64,000 nucleotides of DNA from Candidatus Marinacidobacterales bacterium (lineage in GTDB: Bacteria > Acidobacteriota > Vicinamibacteria > Marinacidobacterales > SMYC01), in contig OZ250169.1 in the NCBI GenBank assembly GCA_965237955.1, positions 160,001-224,000 on the forward strand, in the 5' to 3' direction. The position numbers and the translations under genes are program-made. Below the pieces are notes generated by a model. It was not told the origin of the DNA and searched no databases. It saw only the letters and a program-made list of their open reading frames with translations. Numbering within the stretch: position 1 is the stretch's first letter; every line of letters starts with the position of its first letter. Below are positions 52,520 through 61,545 of the stretch, in pieces.

Positions 52520-53077
52520 AACACCTTCAGGAACATGCTTCGATATTCGCTCTCGACTAGGTGGTCATCTGCATGGTGACGACCCGTCCGCCCAAGACGA
52601 TTGTAGAGCCTCCAGCCCTTGGCCCAGTCGCAAACACAGACACTAAGCTGTTGATTTTTCGGCTATTTCAAAAGGGACTTATACCTATAGTTTGACACGC
52701 GCCCGCCGCTTCCGGTGGGCGGCGAGGCTGGATTTGGCATGGCGCTTGCGCTTCCGCTCGTCGTCACCGTCCTGCGGCTTAGGTTTGATTTTTTGGTGCG
52801 TGGTGGCGGGCGTTTTCTCCGCAAGTCATTTATTTACCAAGGCTTAGGTACGCGGTGTGGATCGTAATAAGTCATCGTGTCTCCCGTTGGGAGACAGCCG
52901 GACGCGCCCGGCCTCGGTGAGTTCGGGCGCTGTGGGCTGCGCCAGCAGCCCAGCCATGTAGCGGCGGCGGATTTCCCTGTTTCCTAGCGGCTTCCGTGTT
53001 CACTATCGCCCTTATGGGGGTCGTCAAGCTAGCAGTATAAGTCCCATTTCAAAAGGGCTGAGTTTTGGCACAGGACG
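52520..53077. mobile_element. Family 1 downstream end carrying a nested MITE
   Basis: Reverse complement of the 8673-8850-type end, split at ATTTCAAAA. Confidence 0.8.
52674..53045. mobile_element. 372-bp MITE with 9-bp TSD (Mutator/IS256-ISKra4-like)
   Basis: TIRs GGGACTTATACnnnTAGnTTGAC. ATTTCAAAA duplicated at 52665-52673 and 53046-53054. Confidence 0.85.
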
Positions 53078-53177
53078 GGATAGTGTTGTGGTCGCGGCTG
53101 GCTCGGCCCAGCGCTGCAGATAACGCGCAACTACGGAGCGGCCATGAACATCGTACACATCTTCTTACTCCCCTTCG

Positions 53178-53990
53178 CTACCTCGTCAAAATGAACCGCC
53201 GATAGAGCGGCTGGACCGGACGCGCGTTGATCGGATATAGGGCCGCGAAGGCATCGACCTGTGCCTGTGAAACTGCAATTGCCTCGGTAAGCACCACCCA
53301 GTTGACCACCTCAGAGCAGGGTGGCGTCGTCAGGGAGCCGGCGTACCGGAAGTAGCTCCGGCCTCCGGGCAGGAAGGCGTTCGGATCGAGGTCGACCAGC
53401 GGTGTGGGCGCCTGATCGACGCCTGGTATGGCATACCAGATGCTCTGGACGGCCGAGTGCACGCCGCCGACGTCCATGAAGACCCCGATCACCGCAAGAT
53501 CACCCTCCTCGGCCTGATGCACAAAGTGGACCTCCAGCGGGTACTCTTCCCCATCGACTGTGTGTTCGCTCGGCAGATGGAAGTGGAACTGCAAGAGCGA
53601 GAATTGCCGGCCCTGCAGAGTGATGGAACTCCCGGCGTCTATGTTGACCTGGATGGTATGTCCGTTATCCATGACCTCGCCCGCCGCGGGTTGCCACTGG
53701 ATTTCGAGTCCCCCTCTGCCTGCCGGGATCGCATCCGTCAGATCGATCGGAGATTGCTGGACCCCGCTGTCACAAACCGCGAAGGACGAATCCAGCCCAC
53801 CCCATTGGTACGGTCCGGTGTCGCCTTCGTAGCTCCAGTGAACCTCGCCGGTCGCTGCGCCCTGCGCGCGCTCCGCGTCCATCTGGTCCTCTGCATCCCC
53901 CTGGTTCGGTGCATCTGCCCGGCAGGCGTATTGTGCGCCAGCGAGGAAGACAACCGCGAGTACCTGCAGGAATGAATGACGATACTTCAC
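53178..53990 (-). CDS. cah: Alpha-class carbonic anhydrase, exported
   Basis: HWSY, QSPIDL, NGHTIQ, zinc ligands QFHFH..SEH and EVHFVH, YAGSLTTPPCSE. AGGAGGAG RBS. Confidence 0.95.
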   Translation of the reverse strand: MKYRHSFLQVLAVVFLAGAQYACRADAPNQGDAEDQMDAERAQGAATGEVHWSYEGDTGPYQWGGLDSSFAVCDSGVQQSPIDLTDAIPAGRGGLEIQWQPAAGEVMDNGHTIQVNIDAGSSITLQGRQFSLLQFHFHLPSEHTVDGEEYPLEVHFVHQAEEGDLAVIGVFMDVGGVHSAVQSIWYAIPGVDQAPTPLVDLDPNAFLPGGRSYFRYAGSLTTPPCSEVVNWVVLTEAIAVSQAQVDAFAALYPINARPVQPLYRRFILTR

Positions 53991-54154
53991 GTTTCTCCTC
54001 CTCTCGGGTTTCGACGGTCCGCTGCCCCTGTCACAGCCCGAATCACATCCCGCCCGCCGCTCGCGGGTTGCGGCGCGGAAGTCTTCGAGCGGGGGCTTCG
54101 GGCAACGCTGATTTAATGGGCCATTTCAAAAAGGCCGAGTTTTGGCACAGGACG

Positions 54155-54330
54155 GGCACGAGAGGGCCGATACCCGGCTCGATCTGGTCCATGGGCAGAC
54201 ACGTCGGATGCTGGTGGATGAGTTGTTGCAACCAGCGCTCCTTCAAGTTGGAGGCTCGGTGCAGGCGCGTGGATTCGCCTTCCGACACCAGAATCGGCGT
54301 TCCGCTCGCGGTAGTCAATTCGTGCTCCAG
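54155..54330 (-). pseudogene. NucS/DUF91-like nuclease, N-terminal fragment
   Basis: ERWLQQLIHQHPTCLPMDQIEPG...LVP. Lies between two family 1 ends. Confidence 0.45.
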
Positions 54331-54492
54331 GGTTGATCTCGCCGGTCGGCCTCGGCCGACGTCGGCTCGCCGAGCAGCACCTCTCGGGCCAGACGATTGT
54401 AAAGCCAACGGCCCTTGGCCCGGTCGCAAACACAGACACTAAGCTGCTGATTTATAGTCTACTTCAAAAGGGCCGCGTTTTGGCACAGGACG

Positions 54493-54622
54493 GGGTGCCG
54501 ATTACTTCCATCAACGCGACAAGGAACAGCTCACAATACGAATGACACGACGCCTAAGGGAGCTCGGTTTTGACGTCACTCTCACACCTCTTGCCAACGC
54601 TACACCCTGAGTTTCTTATTAG
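54493..54622 (+). mobile_element. IS110-family 3' fragment
   Basis: GADYFHQRDKEQLTIRMTRRLRELGFDVTLTP* is a typical IS110 transposase C-terminus. Confidence 0.75.
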
Positions 54623-54944
54623 TTTTCCACGGCCTGACGGCCACCCCGAATGAATGAAACGCGGTAGTCTCTGGAGGTGGCACCGGCTCAACACGACGCC
54701 TGAGGGAGCTCGGTTTTGACGTCACTGCCCCAAAACGCTACACCCTGAGTTTCTTATTAGTTGAGGTCTCGAGCGCGGAGCGGGCCGCTAGATAATGGGG
54801 CTCGAGCGCACCGCGTTGCCAACATCTTGGGGTCGGATCGGCCCTGAATGGCTCAACTTGACGGTACCTTCTGGACGTAGGGCTAATCCGAAACGGCCCG
54901 GCGCGCCGGTCTTGAGTCCGTTTGTATTTTTGGACACGCCGGCG

Positions 54945-55011
54945 TTTAGCTTCGTTGGAATCGCTGTTCAGCTTCCTCTGGAACCGGCGTTCACCATGGC
55001 TGGAATACGCA
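54945..55011 (+). mobile_element. IS21-like right end remnant
   Basis: ...GTTCACCATGGCTGGAATACGCA matches 47340-47405. Confidence 0.7.
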
Positions 55012-55141
55012 CCGATGCGATCCGTCAGATTGGAGTGAGCGAGGTCACGTTCTATCGGTGGCGTCGGCATGCCGAAGGGTCGATGGGTGACGCAGACGGT
55101 GTTAGGATCACAATAAGACGAGCAGAGCATGGAGCGCAACG

Positions 55142-55285
55142 GTGGACGTTGACCGACCAACGAAAGTGATAGCGGACGAAGTGCTGGTACTGGACAGCAG
55201 CACTTTCATCAAGGAGGTCGGCCTGACGAAAGAGGGGGCCTCCGCCCTGAAACACTACTTGTTCCATCGGGGGACGCAACTGGTC
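55142..55285 (+). pseudogene. PIN-domain-like N-terminal fragment
   Basis: VLVLDSSTFIKE...LVV. Confidence 0.45.
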
Positions 55286-55553
55286 GTCGTGTTGAGCCGG
55301 TGCCACCTCCAGAGACTACCGCGTTTCATTCATTCGGGGTGGCCGTCAGGCCATGGAAAACTAATAAGAAACTCAGGGTGTAGCGTTTGGGGGCAGTGAC
55401 GTCAAAACCGAGCTCCCTCAGGCGTCGTGTTGAGCCGGTGCCACCTCCAGAGACTACCGCGTTTCATTCATTCGGGGTGGCCGTCAGGCCGTGGAAAACT
55501 TGACAGTACCGAGATGAGCGCACCGAAGAGCCAAACAAACTGAGGATGCAACA

Positions 55554-56282
55554 ATGAATCTCCGCCGATACTTTTTCGTCCTGCTCATCGTCTTGTTCCT
55601 GCATAACCCTTTATGTGCGCAGGAGACTGACGAAGCCGGTCGATTCTACCTCGACCTTTCTGGATCAGCCGTTTTTCCATACGACCCGAAGGAGCAATCG
55701 AGATTCGGCAGTGAAGGGATTAATTTTAAAGCTGGAGCCGGTTTTACAGTAGCCTTCGGCTACGCCTTCAAAGAAGGCTTCTCGACCGAGATTGAATGGG
55801 GATACCAGAAATCCGGTATCGGCACCCCCACCGAAAACCTCTCTCAGGAAATCGACTTTGGTGACTCTGCAGATATTGAAGGGTTTCGCCCTCCCATCAC
55901 CATAGAAATAGACGGAGAACTCAAGACCCAGTCTCTCATGGGCAATGTCTACTACCGCTATCCCAGATGGAGCGTGAGTCCCTATGCTGGGTTCGGTCTG
56001 GGAGCCTTCTTCCACGATGGGGGCTTCACCTCCATCGTCACTGTTGCAGATGACATCCTCCTCGGCGGCATCACATCCGGCTTTGGGAACGGCCTCCCCA
56101 TCGTGCCCCTCAGAACCACAGTCGGATACCAGGATTCCCGGTTTGCCTATCAGATCATGGGAGGTCTCTCGGTCCGGGCCTCCAGTCTAGTGGAGTTCCG
56201 CCTTGGCTATCGCTTTCGCTCAAGCCGGGCGGGGCCGATCGATGCCGATCATATTGAGACAGGCCTCCGGTTGCAGTTCTGA
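55554..56282 (+). CDS. Outer-membrane beta-barrel protein (OmpW/Opa-like)
   Basis: Signal peptide, PYAGFGLG, FAYQIMGG, LGYRF and C-terminal GLRLQF. Confidence 0.88.
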   Translation: MNLRRYFFVLLIVLFLHNPLCAQETDEAGRFYLDLSGSAVFPYDPKEQSRFGSEGINFKAGAGFTVAFGYAFKEGFSTEIEWGYQKSGIGTPTENLSQEIDFGDSADIEGFRPPITIEIDGELKTQSLMGNVYYRYPRWSVSPYAGFGLGAFFHDGGFTSIVTVADDILLGGITSGFGNGLPIVPLRTTVGYQDSRFAYQIMGGLSVRASSLVEFRLGYRFRSSRAGPIDADHIETGLRLQF

Positions 56283-56380
56283 TGCCAGTAAATCAGTAAC
56301 GGCAGCCGTCGCCATGAAACTGAGCTTCAATTGCGTGTCCGGTCGCGCACGCCTCCATCGCAACGTATTGAACCGGATGT

Positions 56381-56465
56381 CGTCCTGTGCCAAAACTCGG
56401 CCTTTTGAAACAGACCATAGAATCAGCAGTTTAGTGTCTGTGTTTGCGACCGGGTCAAGACCGTG
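56381..56465. mobile_element. Orphan family 1 end
   Basis: CGTCCTGTGCCAAAACTCGG...TTTGCGACCGGG. Confidence 0.8.
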
Positions 56466-57053
56466 GGCATGAGATCGCTGAGCTGACCGCGGGCCGACAT
56501 TGATCCAGACCACGCTGGCGCCATCACGATAGCTGTGCGCGGCGCTCTAAGCGCGATGTCGCTGGCGTCGTGTCCAAAAACACGAACGACCTCAAGACCT
56601 GCATCAGCCGGAGCGTTTCGGATAGACGCGTCTAGACTCTGCTTGCCGATCGCCTCTCACCAACTCCGTGCTCGCAGAAAGTTTTTGCGGACTTCAAGAA
56701 CCCCTCTAGGATTCTAGCTTCTCGGCGCCGTTCAAGTTTTTGGACACGACGGGCGCAAGATAGGGGAATTATATATAACAGTTGACTCAGTAGCAAATCC
56801 CGCCTAGTCGGTCCCTGCCACTCGCAATGTACGCGGACCCGACGCCGGGTTGCCTGCCGAATAGAAAACTTGCTCGCAAGAAATAGGCGGGGTCCGCACA
56901 CCGCGTGCGCTACGAGTGGCATCTGACCCGGTGGCCAATTTCGGCCATCGGGCATCTTAGGATAAAGTTGCCGATGATGAAACGTGCACTATTCGTGTCC
57001 CTGTTGCTTCCAATCCTTTTCCTCGGCTGCGGCAATAGTGGTAGCACCCCAAC

Positions 57054-58620
57054 CTGTGCATCATCAATATCCGTCCGCTCCTGAAATCAAGGACTTACGC
57101 ACCGTTCACGCCTCGGCCAACGAGCGCATCTCCCGCTTGAGATCCCGGTCTTGAGACGGCAAACTCTGCCGCCATGCTCCGTGTCCTCATCTTCCTCGTC
57201 TCACTCGGCGCCCGTGCGATCCGGGCGATGTGTCGGCGCCGAGCCGACCTCGTGATTGAAAACCTGGCCCTGCGGCAGCAAGTTACGGCGTTGAAGAAGG
57301 AGCGCCCCCGGCCACGGCTCGAGGACACGGACCGAGCATTCTGGGTTGCGCTCCGAAGCTCGTGGCCAGCGTGGGCGAGCCGGCTCGTTATCGTGAACGC
57401 CGACACGGTCGCCCGGTGGAATCGAGATCGGTTCCGCCGATACTGGGCTCGGATCTCCCGTCCGCGCTATCCAGGTCGACCTCGGATTGATGCCGAGATT
57501 CGTCGTCTCGTCCGCACGATGGCCCAAGACGGCTGGGGTGCACCTCGTATCCACGCTGAGCTGACGAAGCTCGGATTCGTTGTCAGCGAGATGACGGTGT
57601 CGCGATACATGCCGCACCGCCGAGCCGAACCCGACGAAGTGAAGCGATGGATTGCGTTCTTGCGGAACCACAAGGACGACATCGCCGCGATGGATCTGTT
57701 CGCCGTACCGACGGCGTCGCTACGGCTGCTGTACGGCTTCTTCGTCATCGAGCACGGCCGTCGCCATATCTTGCACTTCAACGCGACGTACAACCCCACG
57801 TCAGCGTGGGTGATTCAACAACTGCGCGAGGCGTTCCCATACGACACGGCACCACGATACTTGGTCTTTGACCGCGACGCGATTTTCAGCCCTGCAGTGG
57901 TGGAGTTCATCAGGGCCATGGGCACAAAGCCTGTTCGCATTTCTTATCGCAGCCCTTGGCAAAACGGTACCGCCGAACGCTGGATCGGAAACTGCCGCCG
58001 CGAGATGTTAGAGCATGTAGTTGTCCTCAGTGAGCGGCATCTCGTCCGGCTCATGCGCTTGTACATCAGCTACTACCACGAGGACCGTTGCCACTTGGGT
58101 CTCGACAAAGACACCCCGAACTCAAGACCCGTCACGCCCCGACCATCACCGACCGCAAAAGTCGTCGCGTTGCCGCGAGTGGGTGGGCTCCACCACCGCT
58201 ACGAATGGCGCGACGCCGCCTGAGCCAGTTTAGTCGCTGCGCGTCGATTGCTGGGGTCCCTCGCGATTGCGTTGTCCACCTCCGCGGCCCATTGATCGCG
58301 TGATCTCGGCAAGTGCCCGCGCGCGCCGACCCGGGTTTCTTCGTTCGTCGTAGGGCCACCAGCGGTACCATTCCCGCTGGATCAATAATGATGAAGGACA
58401 GGCCTCATTTTCGGTTTTCGTCTCTAATCTCGATTTCCGAGGGACAAGTTTGCGCCAAATGGGGAGCGGGTGCTGACCTGGAGCCGTACGGCAGTGGAAA
58501 AGAGGCCATCCGAGAGGCCCAGAATCGAGTCCGTGGCTACCGCAGCGTAGCGGACTAGCACGTTCTGGTCCAGGTGCGCCTAGGCCTCCTTCATGCCCAT
58601 ATCTGGTATCGAATTGGGCC
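57054..58620 (+). mobile_element. rve/IS481-like element family 2 (right boundary uncertain)
   Basis: Starts CTGTGCATCATC and truncates a lipoprotein stub (MMKRALFVSLLLPILFLGC at 56975). Long 3' non-coding arm. Confidence 0.7.
57174..58223 (+). CDS. Integrase-core (rve) DDE transposase
   Basis: ENLALRQQ, WGAPRIH, MDLF, FDRD, SPWQNG.AER, GGLHHRY. Confidence 0.92.
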   Translation: MLRVLIFLVSLGARAIRAMCRRRADLVIENLALRQQVTALKKERPRPRLEDTDRAFWVALRSSWPAWASRLVIVNADTVARWNRDRFRRYWARISRPRYPGRPRIDAEIRRLVRTMAQDGWGAPRIHAELTKLGFVVSEMTVSRYMPHRRAEPDEVKRWIAFLRNHKDDIAAMDLFAVPTASLRLLYGFFVIEHGRRHILHFNATYNPTSAWVIQQLREAFPYDTAPRYLVFDRDAIFSPAVVEFIRAMGTKPVRISYRSPWQNGTAERWIGNCRREMLEHVVVLSERHLVRLMRLYISYYHEDRCHLGLDKDTPNSRPVTPRPSPTAKVVALPRVGGLHHRYEWRDAA

Positions 58621-58814
58621 CCAACCAGGGTCCGCCAAAGCTTGCTCGGCCGCGTCACCGAACCAGACGGGGAGAATCGTAGAATTTTTTGAGCCCGCCT
58701 GACGTTAAAATACCTATTTGCAGAATCATGGGTGAGTTTGTCATCTCACCCCTGCCTTCCTTGTCGACGAAGTCGATATGTGCAGCAGGGTCCCCTCGCT
58801 CCACGGGCGTTACC

Positions 58815-59229
58815 CAGCTTCGCCTTGCGCCTCAGAGATCGTGGTGTGATCGGGCACATCATTGTCTAGCTTCATCAGAGCGAACAACGATCGCAGCAAT
58901 CCCTCGCTCTGCCTAGACGACAGATGAAACACCATGCCCAGGGTGACAGCCGTCTCGATGGCGTGGTTCGAGTACTTGCGTTGACGGCCCGGTTTCCTCT
59001 TCCTCGGCCGGGGCGCGTCCCAGTTCACAAGCTTGCCGGCGGTGAGCGAGATCCAGACGGTCAGGCTCCCGCGGTTGCGTAGACCCGCCTCATATTCACG
59101 CCAATTCCTCACGCGATAGGCCTTCTTCACATACTTCCGCTGAGTGCGTTTGAAAATGCTCATGGGGAACCTCGAATCCGCGAGTACAGGACAATTGTGG
59201 ACCGAGATCGCGAGTTGTGCACCAAGGCA
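58815..59229 (-). mobile_element. IS5 type B, 5' fragment
   Basis: Matches 16398-16790. Confidence 0.85.
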
Positions 59230-59296
59230 CATTATCGCTGGAAAGAGTAACATGCGGCGTGAATACGAATCACCCCTCGGAGGAGAGTCAATCAAA

Positions 59297-60355
59297 GTGA
59301 GACTGCTACTTATTACCCAAACCGTCGACACTACCAGCGATATCCTGGGATTCTTTCAAGGCTGGTTGGAGAAATTGGCCGAGAAATGCGAATCAATAAC
59401 AGTTATCTGCCTCACGGAAGGTGATCACCGTCTTCCGGCGAACGTTTGTGTACGGAGCCTCGGCAAAAGACACGGGCTCTCCCGGGCCCGGTTGCTGTGC
59501 CGTTTCTACAAACAAGCCTGGGGTGAACGAGCCCACTACGACTCGGTTTTCGTACATATGACGCCCATCTATGTCCTGCTGGGCTGGCCACTCTGGCAGA
59601 TCACAGGGAAACCCATCTTCCTTTGGTATAACCACCCGGTCGGCACACCAGTGACCCGACTCGCTATTGAGCTCGCGAACATCGTGTTCTATACCTCGCC
59701 CTTTTCTTTCGCCGCAAAGTGCGCAAAGGCGCTCATCATGCCCGCCGGAATACCCACCAAGCTCTTCCAGCGACGAAATGACGCGAGAAAGGGGTCACGT
59801 ACGATTCTATACTTGGGACGTCTATCTCCGGCCAAGAGGATCGATTGCTTGATAGACGCCGCAAACCTTCTCGACCGACGCACAGTACATTTTCAACTTC
59901 GTGTCGTAGGTTCACCAGCGAGGTCAGGAGATCAAGCGTACGAGGAAGAGCTTCACCAGCGAGCGAGAACGCTCATCGATAAAGGCAAAGTTGCCTTTCA
60001 TGCCGCAGTTCGAAACCTCGACACGCCCGAGATCTACAACCAGAGCCAAATACTGGTAAACCTAAGTGCCGCCGGTCATCTGGATAAAACCATCCTCGAA
60101 GCGATGGCGTGCGAAACCCTGGTTCTTGTTTCGAGTCGAGCGTTTGACACCGTATTACCGAACGAGCTCAAGTTTAAAGAGAGTAATGCCGAAGACCTCG
60201 CAGACAAAATCGTCGCGATCTTTGGAATGGAACACGACAAGCAAGAAGGCTACCGGCGCCAATTGCGGCAATACGTCGAGGAGTATCACGACCTTGACAG
60301 ATTGATAGAGAAATTGACAGACGCAATGACGTCCCATACGACAAGCAAACGGTAG
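59297..60355 (+). CDS. Glycosyltransferase family 4
   Basis: GTG start after GGAGGAG. ILYLGRLSPAKRID and LDKTILEAMAC GT-B motifs. Confidence 0.9.
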   Translation: MRLLLITQTVDTTSDILGFFQGWLEKLAEKCESITVICLTEGDHRLPANVCVRSLGKRHGLSRARLLCRFYKQAWGERAHYDSVFVHMTPIYVLLGWPLWQITGKPIFLWYNHPVGTPVTRLAIELANIVFYTSPFSFAAKCAKALIMPAGIPTKLFQRRNDARKGSRTILYLGRLSPAKRIDCLIDAANLLDRRTVHFQLRVVGSPARSGDQAYEEELHQRARTLIDKGKVAFHAAVRNLDTPEIYNQSQILVNLSAAGHLDKTILEAMACETLVLVSSRAFDTVLPNELKFKESNAEDLADKIVAIFGMEHDKQEGYRRQLRQYVEEYHDLDRLIEKLTDAMTSHTTSKR

Positions 60356-60362
60356 GTTGGAA

Positions 60363-61043
60363 TCATCGTGCTTGGAAGCCTTGCTCTCGCGTGTACCCGA
60401 GTTGCCTCATGGTGTCGCCGCAATAATGCTCTAACGTAGCCAGCATGGAGTCGTTCCACTTAGGCGGGTCCCGGAACTCGTGGCGCACCTTTTTGATATT
60501 GATCCTGGTTTTGAAAAATTCCTCAGCATCAGCCAACGTCAGGTCGTCTGCTCCCACAAACCGAAGGAAGACGCTTCGCAACTCTGATGACGCTTGTTCG
60601 AAGAATCCTTCGAAGTTCACCTGGAGCTTTCTTTCCTCAGGGATTTCGGCGAGAAAATCGAGGATTGATCGGTTAACGGCGTTCCAGTACCAGCACGTCT
60701 TTTCGAAGGGGCTCATATTTTGCCTCTCTTGCCAACGACCCTCGGCTTTCTCGAAGGGATGAATATGGGTGTCGTAACGACGTGCCTCGAAATAGTTCCG
60801 GAGGAAACGAGGCCCAAACTTAGCCATCGATCTGATATATCCGTGACGAAGGATGCATCGCCCCAGCGGGGCAAAACGAGTGCCCACAAAAGCCGGCTGC
60901 TCCATCGGTGACGGGCTGAACTTAGTCATGAAGGAAGTGATCACCGCCTTGGGCTCGAGATGAAGGTGAACGAAACGGGCTTCCGGGAACGCACGGCTCA
61001 GCAACGTGCCGAAGGGCGAGAATTCATGGTTGAGCTCGACCAA
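60363..61043 (-). pseudogene. Sulfotransferase-like protein, probably 5' truncated
   Basis: FPEARFVHL..P..VI.S and C-terminal MRQLGY. The N-terminal PAPS loop is absent. Confidence 0.6.
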
Positions 61044-61267
61044 CCCCCGTCCTTCCCTTGTGACTAGGTCGATTAAGTCAAGCCCTCGACCGGCGAAGCA
61101 ACCTCACCACTAGATCTTTCTTGTCTTCGTTGTCTTCCGACAATGCCTGGTAATAGGCAAAGTTCTGCTCCAAGACGTGGCTCATGTCGTTCCGGTACTT
61201 GTCAAGCCAACCTCGATATCGGTGAAAAGCTTCCACCTATTCGAGCGTGTAATGAACCGTTGCACCC

Positions 61268-61403
61268 AGATTCAACTACGACGCATCGACGGCTACCAAC
61301 GTCTGAGCGAGGTTCTCGAACACGCGGAGGTTGCCGCCTGATATGATACTCTGATGATGGAGTGGAGGGCGCCGTTCTTTTTCCACGGACCTCGGGACAC
61401 ATC
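61268..61403 (+). mobile_element. IS256-like right-end remnant
   Basis: Matches 16943-17080. Confidence 0.75.
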
Positions 61404-61545
61404 CAGAAACAACCTAGCTGAAAGTCTCGCACGAGCCGACGCGATCGCATTCGTGTCAGGCAATGAGTTTTCTTTCTTGGTCGAACGACAACGGTGACGT
61501 GGTGCGAGAAGACGGTGGTGCCCGGTCGACAACTGAGGTTGTTCC

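Larger units (their letters stand above)
54545..55499. repeat. ~140-bp unit as A-B-A (54545-54762) and inverted B-A-B (55285-55499)
   Basis: Periods of 146 and 138 bp. A is the IS110 3' end; B is TTCCACGGCCTGACGG...GGCACCGGCTCA. Confidence 0.85.

Noticed and set aside
2586-56465. Integron-like cassette array or second CRISPR formed by the recurring GGCACAGGACG motif
   Set aside because: The motif is the terminal repeat of the family 1 element. Spacing and orientation are irregular, and there is no attC structure or integron integrase.
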